Origin: Macrostomum hystrix
Lineage: Eukaryota > Animalia > Platyhelminthes
DNA length: 64,000 nt
Assembly: GCA_950097015.1 (NCBI GenBank)
Contig: CATNEN010000025.1
Location: 5,146,001 to 5,210,000, forward strand
Direction of reading: 5' to 3'
Position 1 is the first letter of the stretch. Every line of letters starts with the position of its first letter. The translations under genes and the position numbers were made by a program. Shown in pieces: positions 62,141 to 64,000 of the stretch. The notes below the pieces were generated by a model that did not search any database, was not told the origin of the DNA, and saw only the letters and a list, made by a program, of their open reading frames with translations.

Positions 62141-64000
62141 GTGATGCGTTATGCAGTCATTGGGTTTTGATGACAACAATTTTGGCTCCGGCCTTTGAGT
62201 GATATAGATTTTATACTTTTTGCCACCAGGCACAATAAAACGTTTATTTGTCTATTACACTCGTATTTGATCTTTCTGAGAACTGAATGTATTGTGATCT
62301 GCCGTAGGATACTTTCTTGTGCTATAAATAAAATTTCTATCATATTAACGTTATTTCAAAGAGAAATGTATTTTTTCAAGTCGATACCCTCCGCGAGAAT
62401 ATACTACGAGCGTATTTTCTTTCGAATCTTCGAGCTTCAACAATCTCGATCTAACAACACTATCTATGAGGCACTATCAATAAGAAGTTTCTATTTTTAT
62501 TGCGTACGTCTTTATTATCGCACAAAACAGCACTTAAGTATTTATTGGTTTAAAAAGCACGAAATGCGAACGAGCTACGACCGGATTAAAAACTGTGCAC
62601 TGTCTTTTTATTTTTATTTTTTAAAAGAAGTAGCAGTAAAAATCTAAATATACATATATCATTGAGTACATTCGTTTCCAAGAGTGACTAAGTACTCGTA
62701 AAAAAGCAAATGCAAAATTAGGATCTGATGCATTCCGGACTTGCTCTTGGTATGAGGAGGATCTCTGGTCTCTGTCATCACTAGGTGACAGTAGATGCGT
62801 AGAGTACACACGCACACAGATACTGTACGCAGGCACACGTTTCAACAGCAATTGATTGCCTCTCCGATCAAGGAAAACTAGATCTGAGTTTAGAACAGAA
62901 TCGGAAGGCTGTTAGACTGCTTTGATTGTTAGACAGAACCTGCTTATCAATTATTTAGCTCGTAGCTAGAAAAAGTGCATCGTGCAACGCTGCTATGGTG
63001 TTTGGCTGGATTTGCAAAAAATAGAAAAACCTTATTAAGTCGGAGACAATCAAAAGAATTTTTCGCGCTTCTGTTCTTTTTGTACGGAACGCCACTGAAT
63101 TTTTTCTTGCCAGCGTGCATCGCTTTTGTAGTTTGTAGCGAAGGCCCAACAAACTGCTTTAGAATTCCGCCCCATGTGTAGGATGAATTGGATGAATTTC
63201 CTAGCTACAAACACTCTGACTTGAAAATTCTCTAATGAGTAGCACTTCTCAATACAAAGTACGGATTTTCCAGAAGCGTTTTGGCAGCTAGGCAGTGGTT
63301 ACACCCTGAGACTTGATGGACGCAGTGTTTCGCTAGTTGTGACAATTGAGGACCTGTACAAAAGCAATTTGCTGGTTCGATTCTTTATCCAGATTCTTGT
63401 GTCTTTTTGCATTGATACGCCACGCCCTCAAAAAATAAAAATAAAACCTCAAAAAACCTAAATCGCCAGAAAACGGCCTAAAATTTTCCGCTCATCGGCA
63501 TCGTCGAGATATTCAACGTTTCTCGTCGGGGGTCTTGAGGCCAAATCCACGAATATCGGCATAATTTTCCTGGACACAAAATTTCATAATGTAATTATAT
63601 CGGCTATTATTGATGATTTGCCTCATAATTATTGTATTGTTAATTATTATATGATTGAACCAATATGGTAAGCCATAGAATTTTTTACAAAGCAATTTTA
63701 CTTGCCTTTGTCACCAGGGTCTTGACAAAATCGCTGAATATCTCGACGATGCTGACGTCAGACGGTGGACCCCGGCTTTGGTTCCGGATGGAGGACTTTC
63801 ACGAAAATCGGTCATTCGGTTTGTGAGCTGTCGTGAATTAGGCAGGGTACTTGAAATAGCCCCGTGGTCTTTCCCCAGGGTAAAAATAGCGTGGTCGTTC
63901 TACTCTGCAAAGCGTCGAGTGGCTTTGCTAACGGTGGTAAGCTTTTCAGAACAACTTACTAAGAGTAGGTTGCTACGCCCGAATTTTTTTAGGTTGCCAC

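Noticed and set aside
62195-62647. 150-aa ORF downstream of locus F
   Set aside because: AT-rich, TTG start, no motifs; likely spurious in 3' UTR or intergenic DNA.

Overview
Eukaryotic (invertebrate metazoan) genomic DNA with spliceosomal introns. The dense DEG/ENaC expansion would fit a free-living flatworm such as Macrostomum, but that is an unverified guess. The window is dominated by a same-strand tandem array of six DEG/ENaC (ASIC/ENaC-family) channel loci, A-F. The five full-length loci share a 13-coding-exon layout: N-terminal YTTAHG motif, TM1, FPDVYICP, the palm/thumb cysteine pattern, and TM2 LADMGGxxGLWxG[IV]S. These five carry an unusual ~390-aa extracellular cassette in the finger region: a kringle-like domain with a WSC domain inserted inside it, followed by a second kringle-like domain. 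By manual splicing only C (~1099 aa) and F look intact. A is split in exon 1 by a full-length, apparently intact RNase H-bearing non-LTR retrotransposon (10-bp TSD). B is a deleted relic, D has at least three nonsense codons, and E has a 1-nt frameshift. Introns and spacers hold a THAP/P-element (8-bp TSD, one nonsense codon) nested in a Crypton-like fragment, a solo LTR, two MITE-like elements, two tRNA-derived SINE families, a truncated LINE, a short bipartite LINE derivative and several satellites. The LINEs, the bipartite element and one SINE family share a co-varying 3' stem-loop. All exon models, alignments and identities were read by eye; no database searches were run.
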